Of a stretch of 32,000 nucleotides of DNA, positions 1 through 7,519 are shown piece by piece. This stretch comes from Mycolicibacterium sp. (GTDB lineage: Bacteria > Actinomycetota > Actinomycetes > Mycobacteriales > Mycobacteriaceae). Each line of letters opens with the position of its first letter. Position 1 is the first letter of the stretch. The stretch lies in NCBI RefSeq assembly GCF_050175175.1, contig NZ_JBFXJE010000030.1, one strand, 5' to 3'. The notes under the pieces are model-generated. The model searched no databases, was not told the origin of the DNA, and saw only the letters and a list, made by a program, of their open reading frames with translations. Made by a program: the position numbers and the translations under genes.

Positions 1-74
1 GGGGAGTTCCATTGAAATCTGCGAAGGACCGCATGGACATCATTTCTGCCTACTACGAACTCGGGTCGTATCGG

Positions 75-341
75 GGCTCTTCCGGTTTTAGAGTGCATCG
101 ATTCGTTGGGCGAGCTTGCCGCAGTGCAGTAGTGAGCGGATTCGGTAGTGGGTGAGATTTCTGAATCCGAGGGCGTTTCGGCGCAGCGCTTCGAGGCGTC
201 CGTTGATGGCTTCGGTGGGGCCATTGGAGGCGTGGTAGTCGAAGTAGGCCAGGATGTCGGCGCGGCGGCGCCACAGGGTGCGGCCGAGTTGGGCCAGTTC
301 CTCCAGAGTCGCGGGCACGCCGCTGCGCAGGGTGTTTGGCC
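75..341 (-). mobile_element. ISL3-family IS remnant (3' end of transposase gene plus terminal inverted repeat)
   Basis: ORF 88..318 (-), with the frame open to about 341, reads ...LRSGVPATLEELAQLGRTLWRRRADILAYFDYHASNGPTEAINGRLEALRRNALGFRNLTHY... This is the conserved C-terminal block of ISL3 transposases. A GGCTCTTCC-type terminus lies at 75-83, just outside the stop codon. Only about 85 codons remain; the rest is cut off at the IS3 insertion point (342). Confidence 0.6.
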
Positions 342-378
342 GGACCCCGTGAACTGGTCCACGGCGAACGAGAGTCGT

Positions 379-476
379 TCATTGGTGGGTACAGCTGGCA
401 GCGTAGCGGGCTGGGGGTTGGTAGCCCAGCGATGAGTGCCGGCGGTGGTGGTTGTAGTCGTATTTCCAGTCGCTGA
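379..476 (-). pseudogene. C-terminal fragment of the IS3-family orfB (integrase-core transposase)
   Basis: The minus-strand translation ...ISDWKYDYNHHRRHSSLGYQPPARYAASCTHQ* (stop at 379-381) is the typical C-terminal DWxxxYNxxRxHSSLGY block of rve-type IS3 transposases. It is separated from the rest of orfB by the IS21 fragment at 477-816. Confidence 0.65.
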
Positions 477-816
477 TGTCAACGGCAATTGAAATCTGAT
501 CAGTTGTCGGCAAGTGAATGTTGACCAGCTGGGTTTATTGTTCGTCGGCCGTGACGGTGGGGACGCGGCCGAGGTCTCGGTCTTTGATGCGGTAGCTGTC
601 TCCTTTGAGTGAGATGACTTCGGCGTGATGGACGAGGCGGTCGATCATGGCTGCGGCGACAACGTCGTCGCCGAAGACTTCGCCCCAGCGGCCGAAGGGC
701 TTGTTGGAGGTCACGACGAGGCTGGCTCGTTCATAGCGAGAAGACACCAGCTGGAAGAAAAGGTTGGCCGCTTCGGGTTCGAACGGGATGTAACCGACCT
801 CGTCGACGACGAGGAT
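477..816 (-). mobile_element. istB: IS21-family right end: terminal repeat region plus 3' part of istB (helper ATPase), inserted in the IS3 orfB
   Basis: ORF 535..891 (-) contains ILVVDEVGYIPFEPEAANLFFQLVSSRYERASLVVTSNKPFGRWGEVFGDDVVAAAMIDRLVHHAEVISLKGDSYRIKD, the IstB Walker-B to C-terminus region. IstB-like sequence begins near 816, where the reading switches from IS3 orfB (…PGEPWRNGY). The terminus TGTCAACGG starts at 477. Two subterminal direct repeats follow: CAATTGAAATCTGATCAG (486-503) and CAAGTGAATGTTGACCAG (511-528), as is typical of IS21 ends. Confidence 0.7.
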
Positions 817-1428
817 AGCCGTTGCGCCACGGCTCGCCGGGCGGGATGAAGTGCAACCCAACCTGGCCGGTTGACCATTCTGCCATTGCACTGCAGGCTA
901 ATTCGGTCCGTTGTCACACCGGAGTACCCCAGGATAGACGCCGCGCTGGGCGGCGAGGCGGTCAAGTTCGTCGATGAGGTGTTCGCCGGTGATGCTGCGC
1001 TCAACCATGCCGCCCAGGCATTCGCGGGTGTGCTCGGCGACGATCGAAACAATCTTGACCGGGCGCCCGTCGGTGGTGGAATCGAATTGGAAGCCCACCG
1101 CCCATACCCGGTTGGGTGCATCCGCGGACACCTCCAGGGGCGCGGTGGAGCTGCCACGACGCTTGCGTCGCCGCCGCCGCGGAACCCTAAGCCCCTCCTC
1201 GCGCCAAAGCCGTTGGATCTTCTTGTGATTGACGATCCATCCATCAGCACGAGCATCATGGTAGGCGGGGCGGAATCCACGGCGCGGATGGTTCCTGGCG
1301 TAGTGGCGCAGCCAGTCCCGCAACGCGGCGTCGGGATCGTGCGGAGTTGTCGAGGTGGGTTCGTGTCGCTGGGTGCCGCGATGCTGCCCGGTCACCCGGC
1401 AGGCGAACCGTTCACTGACCCCCAGCAC
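817..1428 (-). pseudogene. IS3-family orfB (transposase, integrase core), frameshifted and truncated
   Basis: ORF 898..1428 (-) reads ...RGFRPAYHDARADGWIVNHKKIQRLWREEGLRV...NRVWAVGFQFDSTTDGRPVKIVSIVAEHTRECLG...VLRCDNGPN and then hits TAG at 898-900. The homology continues in another frame (ELACSAMAEWSTGQVGLHFIPPGEPWRNGY) down to about 817. The frame also extends upstream over the end of orfA (GKLLGPERRRAAVRHLQRVLGVSERF), consistent with -1 frameshift expression near CGGGGAAAC at about 1478-1486. Confidence 0.7.
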
Positions 1429-1469
1429 CCGCTGGAGGTGACGAACAGCTGCCCGCCGGCGTTCCGGGC

Positions 1470-1751
1470 CTAGAAGTTTCCCCGGGCGATCTCCTTGAGC
1501 GCAGCTTTCTCCAGCTCCGCATCAGCCAGCAACCGCTTGAGGGTGGAGTTCTCGCGTTCGAGATCCTTGAGCCGCTTGGCGTCCTCGGCTTTCAGGCCAC
1601 CGAACTGATTACGCCAGCGGTGATAGGTCGCCTCCGAAACGCCCAGCTCGCGGCACACCGCCGCCGTGTCCTTGCCCTTAGCCAGCAGCCGATCAGTGGT
1701 CATCAGCTTGCGCACGACCTGCTCAGGGCTGTGCCGTTTCCTTGTCGTCAT
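1470..1751 (-). CDS. IS3-family orfA (helix-turn-helix transposase subunit)
   Basis: MTTRKRHSPEQVVRKLMTTDRLLAKGKDTAAVCRELGVSEATYHRWRNQFGGLKAEDAKRLKDLERENSTLKRLLADAELEKAALKEIARGNF is the typical IS3/IS911 OrfA, with an HTH and a leucine zipper. ATG at 1751 is preferred over the longer track ORF that starts at 1799. Confidence 0.85.
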   Translation of the reverse strand: MTTRKRHSPEQVVRKLMTTDRLLAKGKDTAAVCRELGVSEATYHRWRNQFGGLKAEDAKRLKDLERENSTLKRLLADAELEKAALKEIARGNF

Positions 1752-1826
1752 GATCTTCTCGAGCCTTCCTGCCCACAACGTGGGCCGCAAGACTCTCATA
1801 AACCCTGGATCAACCGATCGGGGTCA

Positions 1827-1982
1827 GGCCAGGTGGTGTGGTTCAACACCCAACGACCCCATGAGTACCTCGACGACTTCACCCCCGAAGCCGCCGAGAA
1901 GCTCCACTACGATCACAGACGCACCCCAGCAGTGGCGGGGTGAGTCAAACAACGCAGTATCCGGACTCACCGGGACGGGTCA
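1827..1982 (+). mobile_element. Right end of a second, different IS3-family element (last ~38 codons of transposase plus terminal repeat)
   Basis: The plus-strand translation VVWFNTQRPHEYLDDFTPEAAEKLHYDHRRTPAVAG* has its stop at 1941-1943. It is followed by 39 nt ending ...TCCGGACTCACCGGGACGGGTCA at 1982. The same end occurs inverted at 7109-7150. The 5' part is cut off by the IS3 insertion at 1826/1827. Confidence 0.65.
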
Positions 1983-2177
1983 ACCATGTTCTTGGCGGCC
2001 CACACCTGCCGCCTGGTCGCTTCGGTCACGACGAACTCGGTGACGTGTGCCGCCGACAACGCCGCCACCGAAGTCGCCAAAGGCGCCGGCGGGTCTGCTC
2101 GTGCAGCAGACCCTACTTGTTCACCACAATCTGCACCTTCCCAAGAAGGAGGGTGCGCATCAAACGCGGGACGGTTC

Positions 2178-2195
2178 ACTCACCGGGACGGGTCA
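2178..2195 (+). repeat. Third, solo copy of the IS3-type terminal 18-mer ACTCACCGGGACGGGTCA
   Basis: It is identical to 1965-1982 and to the reverse complement of 7109-7126. The about 60-80 nt upstream (roughly 2100-2177) align loosely with the sequence preceding 1965, so this looks like a degenerate duplicate IS end in the same orientation as the copy at 1982. Confidence 0.5.
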
Positions 2196-2312
2196 CATGA
2201 CCGCATCGGCCGATCAGGTCGCGTGACCGAACATGTCACCTGTTCGTCAACACACCCCAGCCAAGACTTGTGATCTGCGTTGCTGCGGGCCGCGCGAGCA
2301 AGAGCGCGGGGT

Positions 2313-3158
2313 TCAGAACTCGTAGTGCACAAGGGTGGTGCCGATCATGCGGGACGCCCTTGCGCTGGACGCGGCTAGACGCAATATCAGCCTTGTGGCT
2401 AAGGGGAGTTCGGCGACCTCGGGTGCTCGTGTAAGGAAGATTTCCCCGGCCAGCTTGAGCCCTGCAACCCAGCGTTCAGGTCGGCTAGGGTCGTTGAACC
2501 CGGGGTTGACCAACCCGGCGCTGATCGCTGCGAGGCTGCGCAGATGCTTAGCTGTCCAGATGGCTCCGGTGGTGTAGAGATTGAACGCAATTTCGCCACT
2601 GGGGAAGTGGTTTGTGAGTCGATGCAGCAGCGACACGAAGTCGTCCTGGCGCAGGAAGGCGATCAAGCCGTCAGCGACGATTACGGCTGGACGGTCGGCG
2701 GGGATCTCGTCGAGCCAGTTCGGATCAGTCAGGTCAGCACCGATGCTGTGGGCGCTGACCTGCGCCGGCAGTAATTGGTGACGGAGGTCGACGATCTGCG
2801 GGAAGTCGACGTCGCACCAGCTGACGGTGGACGGCGGGTTGACGCGCAATATTCGGCTGTCCAGACCCACCCCTAGATCCATCACGACCGCGTCCGGGTG
2901 GCGGCCGACGAATCGGCTGGCTATCTCGTCAAGTCGCTTGGCTCGTAACGCCACAGCGAAGACCTTTGTCCTTGCGTCGAAGCGCTGCGTGGTTAGTGTG
3001 GGGAACTTGGCGAGGTCGTACCCGGTTTCGCGAAGGATCTGGTCGGCCATCGTGTCGCCAAGAAACGGATCCGGCAAACGACTGTCCAGCGCCCTGCTAC
3101 CCAGTGTCAGAAATAGGCTCTCCTGCGCAGGTGTGAACGTGGGCATCGTGATGCTCAT
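2313..3158 (-). CDS. Class I SAM-dependent O-methyltransferase, TcmP/leucine-carboxyl-methyltransferase-like
   Basis: The 281-aa product has FLTLGSRALDSRLPDPFLGD...VVMDLGVGLDSR (SAM motif I-like)...DVDFPQIVDLR...VIVADGLIAFL, the pattern of polyketide-type O-methyltransferases (COG3315-like). ATG at 3158 is preceded by AAGGAGG (3175-3169), so I prefer it to the GTG at 3188 used by the ORF track. Confidence 0.75.
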   Translation of the reverse strand: MSITMPTFTPAQESLFLTLGSRALDSRLPDPFLGDTMADQILRETGYDLAKFPTLTTQRFDARTKVFAVALRAKRLDEIASRFVGRHPDAVVMDLGVGLDSRILRVNPPSTVSWCDVDFPQIVDLRHQLLPAQVSAHSIGADLTDPNWLDEIPADRPAVIVADGLIAFLRQDDFVSLLHRLTNHFPSGEIAFNLYTTGAIWTAKHLRSLAAISAGLVNPGFNDPSRPERWVAGLKLAGEIFLTRAPEVAELPLATRLILRLAASSARASRMIGTTLVHYEF

Positions 3159-3238
3159 GTTGTTCAGTCCTCCTTCTGCGGTGGACACCTAGCCGCCCAC
3201 GCGTACTGGCCGGCCTTCGGGAGTATGTCGTGCCGTCG

Positions 3239-3275
3239 CACCCTGACCACCGATCATTCCTCGCTGGTCAGGGTG
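3239..3275. other. Perfect 11-bp inverted repeat (CACCCTGACCA-N15-TGGTCAGGGTG) between mmpL and the methyltransferase gene
   Basis: Read directly: 3239-3249 is the exact reverse complement of 3265-3275. It lies 69 nt downstream of the mmpL stop and about 80 nt upstream of the methyltransferase start. No U-tract follows on the transcribed strand. Confidence 0.4.
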
Positions 3276-3343
3276 CGATCCGCGATCCTACCCCTCTCCG
3301 TCAACCTGACCTTCGAGGGGCGCAGCGCCGCCGAACACTCACG

Positions 3344-5668
3344 CTAGCCGCCAGCCGACCCGACGCGATCCCCGGCCGAGGGTGCTGCGGGCCGGTCGGC
3401 GTCAACGACGTTTTCACTGAGGCCGATTCGTTGATGCAGCTTCGCCAGTGGCTTGGGAGCCCACCAGTTCCAGCGGCCCAGCATGTGCATGAAGGCCGGT
3501 AGCAACAGCATTCGGACCAGGGTGGCGTCGGCCAGGATCACGAGCGTGAGACCAACGCCGAACATTCGCATGAACGCCACCTTGGCCGCGATCAACGCCG
3601 CGAACGAGATCGACATCAGTAGCGCAGCGGACGTCACCACACGCCCGGTTCTGGCCAGCCCCAAGGCGACACCCTCGTCGTTGTCCGCGGCGGTCTGGTC
3701 CGACCTCAACCAGTACTCCCGAATCCGCGAAACAAGGAAAACCTCGTAATCCATCGACAGGCCGAAGGCGACGCAGAACAGCAGCACCGGTATGTTGGCT
3801 ACCAATGTCCCGGTCGGCGTCGTGCCCAGTGCACCCAGGTGACCTTCCTGGAAGATCCACACCAGCGCGCCGAATGCGGCGGTCAGCGACAACACGTTGA
3901 GTACCAACGCTTTCAGCGGTAGCACTACACTTCCGGTCAGCAGGAACAACAGCACGAAGGAGATCGCCGCGATGACGGCGAGCACCGTTGGCAGCCGGGA
4001 GGTCATCGCGTCGGCACTATCCCGGTTGACCTGAGCGAGGCCAGTCAGCTGTACATTTTGACCCGCGGGCGGGGCAACAGCATGCAACTGGTCCAGCTGA
4101 ATTTCGGAGGCCTCGGTGAACAGTGGCGCTGAGCTCGTCACGGTGAGGAATGCGCTGCCGTCGGCGAAACCAGCCGCCGCCGGCGGTCCGACCAGCGCAC
4201 CGTCGATGAAGGTGCCGCCCGGCGCGGACACCGACGATACGTCCTCGACGAGGGAAAGCTTGGCGGCATAGCCGGCGAGCGCATCGGGAGTGACCCCCTC
4301 GGTGTTTGGCAGCACGACCGTGACGTTGGTCGAGGAGTCGACGGCGAAGTCGTTCCGCAACTTATCGCCGAATTCACGAGCGGAGGCAGAGGGCGGGAGC
4401 ACCCGGTCGTCGGGAGAGCCCCACTTAGCGCCCAGGAATGGCGCACCGAGCAGCAGCAACAGCGCAACGACGGCGAAGCCGATCGGAATCGAGCGCCGTA
4501 TCACGAACTTCGTCGACCGATACCAGAACATCTGTTCGACCGGTTTACGGACCGGCTCCGGCCTGCCCAAGATCCGGCGGATCAGCCTACGTACGTCGAG
4601 CGAATCGAGCCTGTCTCCCGCCAGCACGATCGCGGCTGGGGCCACCACGATCGCTGCGAACGCGGCGAATCCGACCACGGTGATCCCCGCATAGGCGAAC
4701 GACTTCAAGAAGTACATCGGGAACAGCACCATCGCGACCATCGATAATGCGACCGTCAACGCGGAGAACAACACCGTCCGGCCGGCGGTGACCATGGTGC
4801 GCACCAACGCTCGGTGGCGCGGCGCAGCATCGACGGGGCCGGTTGTATCGGCGCCGTCGGCGAGTTCGTCGCGGTATCGGCTGATGATCAGCAGCGTGTA
4901 ATCGATCGCCAGCGCGAGACCCATCGCGATCGACAGATTCAGCGCGAAGATCGAGACGTCGGTGACCGTCGTGACGGCGCGTAGCACCGCCATGGAGCCT
5001 AGGATCGCAAACGCACCGACGGCGAGAGGCAACGCCGCGGCGAGCAGTCCGCCGAAGACCCAGACGAGCACGACGAAGCTCAGCGGAATCGCGATGGATT
5101 CCATCATGAGTAGATCTTTTTCGCTCTGGGCGTTGATCTGCACATAGGTCATCGCGACGCCGCCGGCCCGGACGGTCACGCCGTCGCGGTCGTGCACCAA
5201 TTTGTCGGTGAGCCTTTTTGCGTGCCTCTGGGCCTCGCTTTCGCCGCCTGTGATGCCGGCAACGATGAGCCCGGTCTTGCCATCCTTGCTGATCAACGAC
5301 GGGGTCGCGGCGGGCGATGCCGTCCACGCCGAGATCACGCCTGCGACGTCAGGGGATTCGGCCAGCTGGGCGGCGATGTCGGTACCGACGGCACGCGCCG
5401 CGGTTCCATCGGCACCCTCGGCCTCATTGGAGGTGACGCTGATCAGCAACTCCATGTCGTCCTGGTTGAACTTGTCGCTCAGCAGCGCGGTAGCTCTGGC
5501 GGACTCGGAGCTCGGATCCTGAAAGCCGCCGGCGGACAGGTATTGGGCCACGGGTAGGCCGAAGACACCGCAGCCCACCATCAGAAGCAGCGCGGCGAGC
5601 AAAATGCGCCGCGGCGCCGCGATGGCCAATAAGGCGGTGCGCTGCAGCACTCGGCGTCCTATCCCCAT
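3344..5668 (-). CDS. MmpL/RND-superfamily membrane transporter (short MMPL-family type, 774 aa)
   Basis: The protein has an N-terminal TM segment, then a soluble loop (SAGGFQDPSSESARATALLSDKF...). Two clusters of TM helices follow (…LPLAVGAFAILGSMAVL…, …VLPLKALVLNVLSLTAAFGALVWIFQ…GLSMDYEVFLVSRIREY…), which is the characteristic MMPL architecture. Confidence 0.9.
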   Translation of the reverse strand: MGIGRRVLQRTALLAIAAPRRILLAALLLMVGCGVFGLPVAQYLSAGGFQDPSSESARATALLSDKFNQDDMELLISVTSNEAEGADGTAARAVGTDIAAQLAESPDVAGVISAWTASPAATPSLISKDGKTGLIVAGITGGESEAQRHAKRLTDKLVHDRDGVTVRAGGVAMTYVQINAQSEKDLLMMESIAIPLSFVVLVWVFGGLLAAALPLAVGAFAILGSMAVLRAVTTVTDVSIFALNLSIAMGLALAIDYTLLIISRYRDELADGADTTGPVDAAPRHRALVRTMVTAGRTVLFSALTVALSMVAMVLFPMYFLKSFAYAGITVVGFAAFAAIVVAPAAIVLAGDRLDSLDVRRLIRRILGRPEPVRKPVEQMFWYRSTKFVIRRSIPIGFAVVALLLLLGAPFLGAKWGSPDDRVLPPSASAREFGDKLRNDFAVDSSTNVTVVLPNTEGVTPDALAGYAAKLSLVEDVSSVSAPGGTFIDGALVGPPAAAGFADGSAFLTVTSSAPLFTEASEIQLDQLHAVAPPAGQNVQLTGLAQVNRDSADAMTSRLPTVLAVIAAISFVLLFLLTGSVVLPLKALVLNVLSLTAAFGALVWIFQEGHLGALGTTPTGTLVANIPVLLFCVAFGLSMDYEVFLVSRIREYWLRSDQTAADNDEGVALGLARTGRVVTSAALLMSISFAALIAAKVAFMRMFGVGLTLVILADATLVRMLLLPAFMHMLGRWNWWAPKPLAKLHQRIGLSENVVDADRPAAPSAGDRVGSAGG

Positions 5669-5674
5669 TAGTGG

Positions 5675-5703
5675 GTTATCGCCGCTAAGTCAGCAGCGAT
5701 AAC
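5675..5703. promoter_or_regulatory. Palindrome GTTATCGC-N13-GCGATAAC in the mmpL leader; candidate operator or 5'-UTR hairpin
   Basis: The 8-bp perfect arms (5675-5682 and 5696-5703) extend to about 11 bp with one mismatch. The palindrome ends 7 nt upstream of the mmpL ATG (5668). A TATATT hexamer (TANNNT type) lies on the minus strand at 5748-5743, upstream of it. No obvious Shine-Dalgarno sequence sits between the palindrome and the ATG. Confidence 0.35.
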
Positions 5704-5836
5704 TTGGTACGATCAAGTCATTTCCCCGACCCGCCGGCAATCAATATACAACCGGCAGAAAACCCACACTTGACACAAAGTGGCGCCACCAAACGGGTCC
5801 CACTCACACCAGCAAGCCGACGAGTGGGAAAAAGGC

Positions 5837-7078
5837 TCACACGACGAGATCTATCAGGCCCCGCTCGGCTACACCTACTAGCGCAGCCATGTTTCCTTCG
5901 TTGTGCTGGTTCTCGTGCATCAACTGATGGCACTCTCCGATCCCCTCGAACGGGAAGACGTCTCCGAGGCATGGATCGATCTGTCCCGCGACAACTAACT
6001 TGTTGAACGAATACGCGTCGTTATCGTTCGCGAAGTGAGAACCCTGAAGGCGCTTTTGCCGCATCCAGATATAGCGGAGGTCGCCATCGGCGTTAAATCC
6101 GGTGGTCCCAGCGCAGGTCACCACCATTCCACCGGTGCTCGCCACAAACACCGAGGTCGGTATTGTATCCAGTCCTGGATGCTCGAAGACGATCCGGGGC
6201 GATCGCCGCTCACCGAGAGCATTCCATATTGCGTTTCCGAACGCACGGCATCCGGTCACCCATTTTCCGTACGCCTTGTCATCCGTCCAGTCAGGCATTC
6301 GACCCCAATGGTCGAATTCGGTGCGGTTGATATACCCCTTCGCGCCAAGCGTCTTTGTGTACTCGCCGCGACTTTCCGACGACACTACGGTGATAGGGAT
6401 TCCACCTTGAGCCCGAACGATCTGCGTAGCTATCGCTCCGAGCCCTCCCGCTCCGCCCCAAATTAGGACGACATCGTCTTTCTGGACGGTATGTGGTGGC
6501 CAACCCATAAGCATACGCCAGGCAGTGCAGCCAACCAGTCCATAGGCCGCCGCCGCTTCCCACGACATTGCGGCTGGCTTCGGCATACACTGGTGCGCCT
6601 GAACCTTTGTGAATTGAGCGAAACTGCCCCAGTTCGACTCGTAACCCCAAATCCGATAACTCGGATGGAACATTGGGTCGGTTTCCCTTGGGACAGCATT
6701 GACATCCCACTGCCCACAGTGGATCACGACGTGGTCCCCAATTTGGAGGTTCGTCACGTTGTCACCGACCTTATAGACAATGCCTGAAGCATCTGAGCCG
6801 CCAATATGGAAGTCGGTAGGTTCACCGAATTTTCTGTGAACTTCACAAACATTGACGGGGAGCCCCCGTGCTGCCCACACGTTGTTGTAGTTGATTCCAG
6901 CGGCGGCAACCCAGACGAGCGCATCGTCGGGTCCGATGCCAGGAACGTCGATTTGCTCGACTCGAAAGGCCGCCTTAGGTTCTCCGAACCGGTCTGGGCG
7001 AATGACTTGCGCCCACATCTTCGTTGGGACGTGGCCCAGAGGGGGCGCCTGACCGATCTCGTATATGTCTGTGGCCAT
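5837..7078 (-). CDS. ccr: Crotonyl-CoA carboxylase/reductase-like enoyl-CoA reductase (MDR superfamily)
   Basis: The 413-aa product contains ...[12 protein letters not shown]..., ...[36 protein letters not shown]..., [16 protein letters not shown] (NADPH fold), IVFEHPG and RLQGSHFAN...GQIDP...[18 protein letters not shown]. These blocks match, as I recall them, streptomycete Ccr. AGGAG lies 7 nt upstream of the ATG at 7078. Confidence 0.75.
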   Translation of the reverse strand: MATDIYEIGQAPPLGHVPTKMWAQVIRPDRFGEPKAAFRVEQIDVPGIGPDDALVWVAAAGINYNNVWAARGLPVNVCEVHRKFGEPTDFHIGGSDASGIVYKVGDNVTNLQIGDHVVIHCGQWDVNAVPRETDPMFHPSYRIWGYESNWGSFAQFTKVQAHQCMPKPAAMSWEAAAAYGLVGCTAWRMLMGWPPHTVQKDDVVLIWGGAGGLGAIATQIVRAQGGIPITVVSSESRGEYTKTLGAKGYINRTEFDHWGRMPDWTDDKAYGKWVTGCRAFGNAIWNALGERRSPRIVFEHPGLDTIPTSVFVASTGGMVVTCAGTTGFNADGDLRYIWMRQKRLQGSHFANDNDAYSFNKLVVAGQIDPCLGDVFPFEGIGECHQLMHENQHNEGNMAALVGVAERGLIDLVV

Positions 7079-7108
7079 GATTGTGCTCCTGGTTTTTGAC
7101 TGACTGGC

Positions 7109-7480
7109 TGACCCGTCCCGGTGAGTCCGGAGACTGTTTGCGTTGAATCACCCTGCCTTCGGTGGGGTGTGTCTGTGATCGTAGTGGAGCTTCTCGGCGG
7201 CCTCGAGGGTGAAGTCGTCGAGGTACTCTTGCGGGCGTTCGGTGTTGAACCACTTGACCCATTCGGCGGTAGCTGGCTCGACGTGGTTGACGTCGCGCGC
7301 CAGGGTCCTTGTCGACGGATGAGTTCGTTCTTGAACGGCCCGACGGTGGCCTCGGCCAGTGCGTTGTCCAGCGCGTCGCCGACTGAGCCGACCGAGGGAT
7401 TCATGCCCTCGTCGATGAGCCGCTGGGTGAACGCCACCGTGGTGTATCTCACCGCTCCCTTTGTGCCGGTGCCCATTCCG
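7109..7480 (-). pseudogene. IS3-family transposase 3' remnant plus terminal repeat (same IS type as 1827-1982, inverted)
   Basis: The minus strand reads ...YTTVAFTQRLIDEGMNPSVGSVGDALDNALAEATVGPFKNELIRRQGPWR. The frame then shifts near 7300 to DVNHVEPATAEWVKWFNTERPQEYLDDFTLEAAEKLHYDHRHTPPKAG* (stop at 7148-7150). The terminal 39 nt end at 7109, and the last 24 nt are identical to 1959-1982 in reverse complement. The catalytic N-terminal part is absent. Confidence 0.7.
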
Positions 7481-7519
7481 ATTGTGATTCCGCAGAGCCC
7501 CTAGCTAGGCGCGGAACGT

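Larger units (their letters stand above)
342..1826 (-). mobile_element. IS3-family insertion sequence (orfA/orfB type), internally disrupted
   Basis: Imperfect terminal inverted repeats: minus-strand TGACCCCGATCGGTTGATCCAGGG (1826-1803) versus plus-strand GGACCCCGTGAACTGGTCCACGG (342-364). A direct GGCC sits on both flanks (338-341 and 1827-1830), a candidate target-site duplication. The element contains orfA and orfB pieces, listed separately. Confidence 0.7.

Noticed and set aside
1983-2312. Possible small genes (track ORFs 1986..2273 plus, 1967..2179 minus) in the 330-bp gap after the IS end
   Set aside because: The translations have no recognisable motif or ribosome-binding site, and part of the interval is a degenerate copy of the IS end. 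I left it unassigned.
4587-5327. 246-aa Arg-rich ORF within mmpL (same strand, other frame)
   Set aside because: It is an out-of-frame shadow of the MmpL CDS, and its composition (RRRR runs) is not protein-like.
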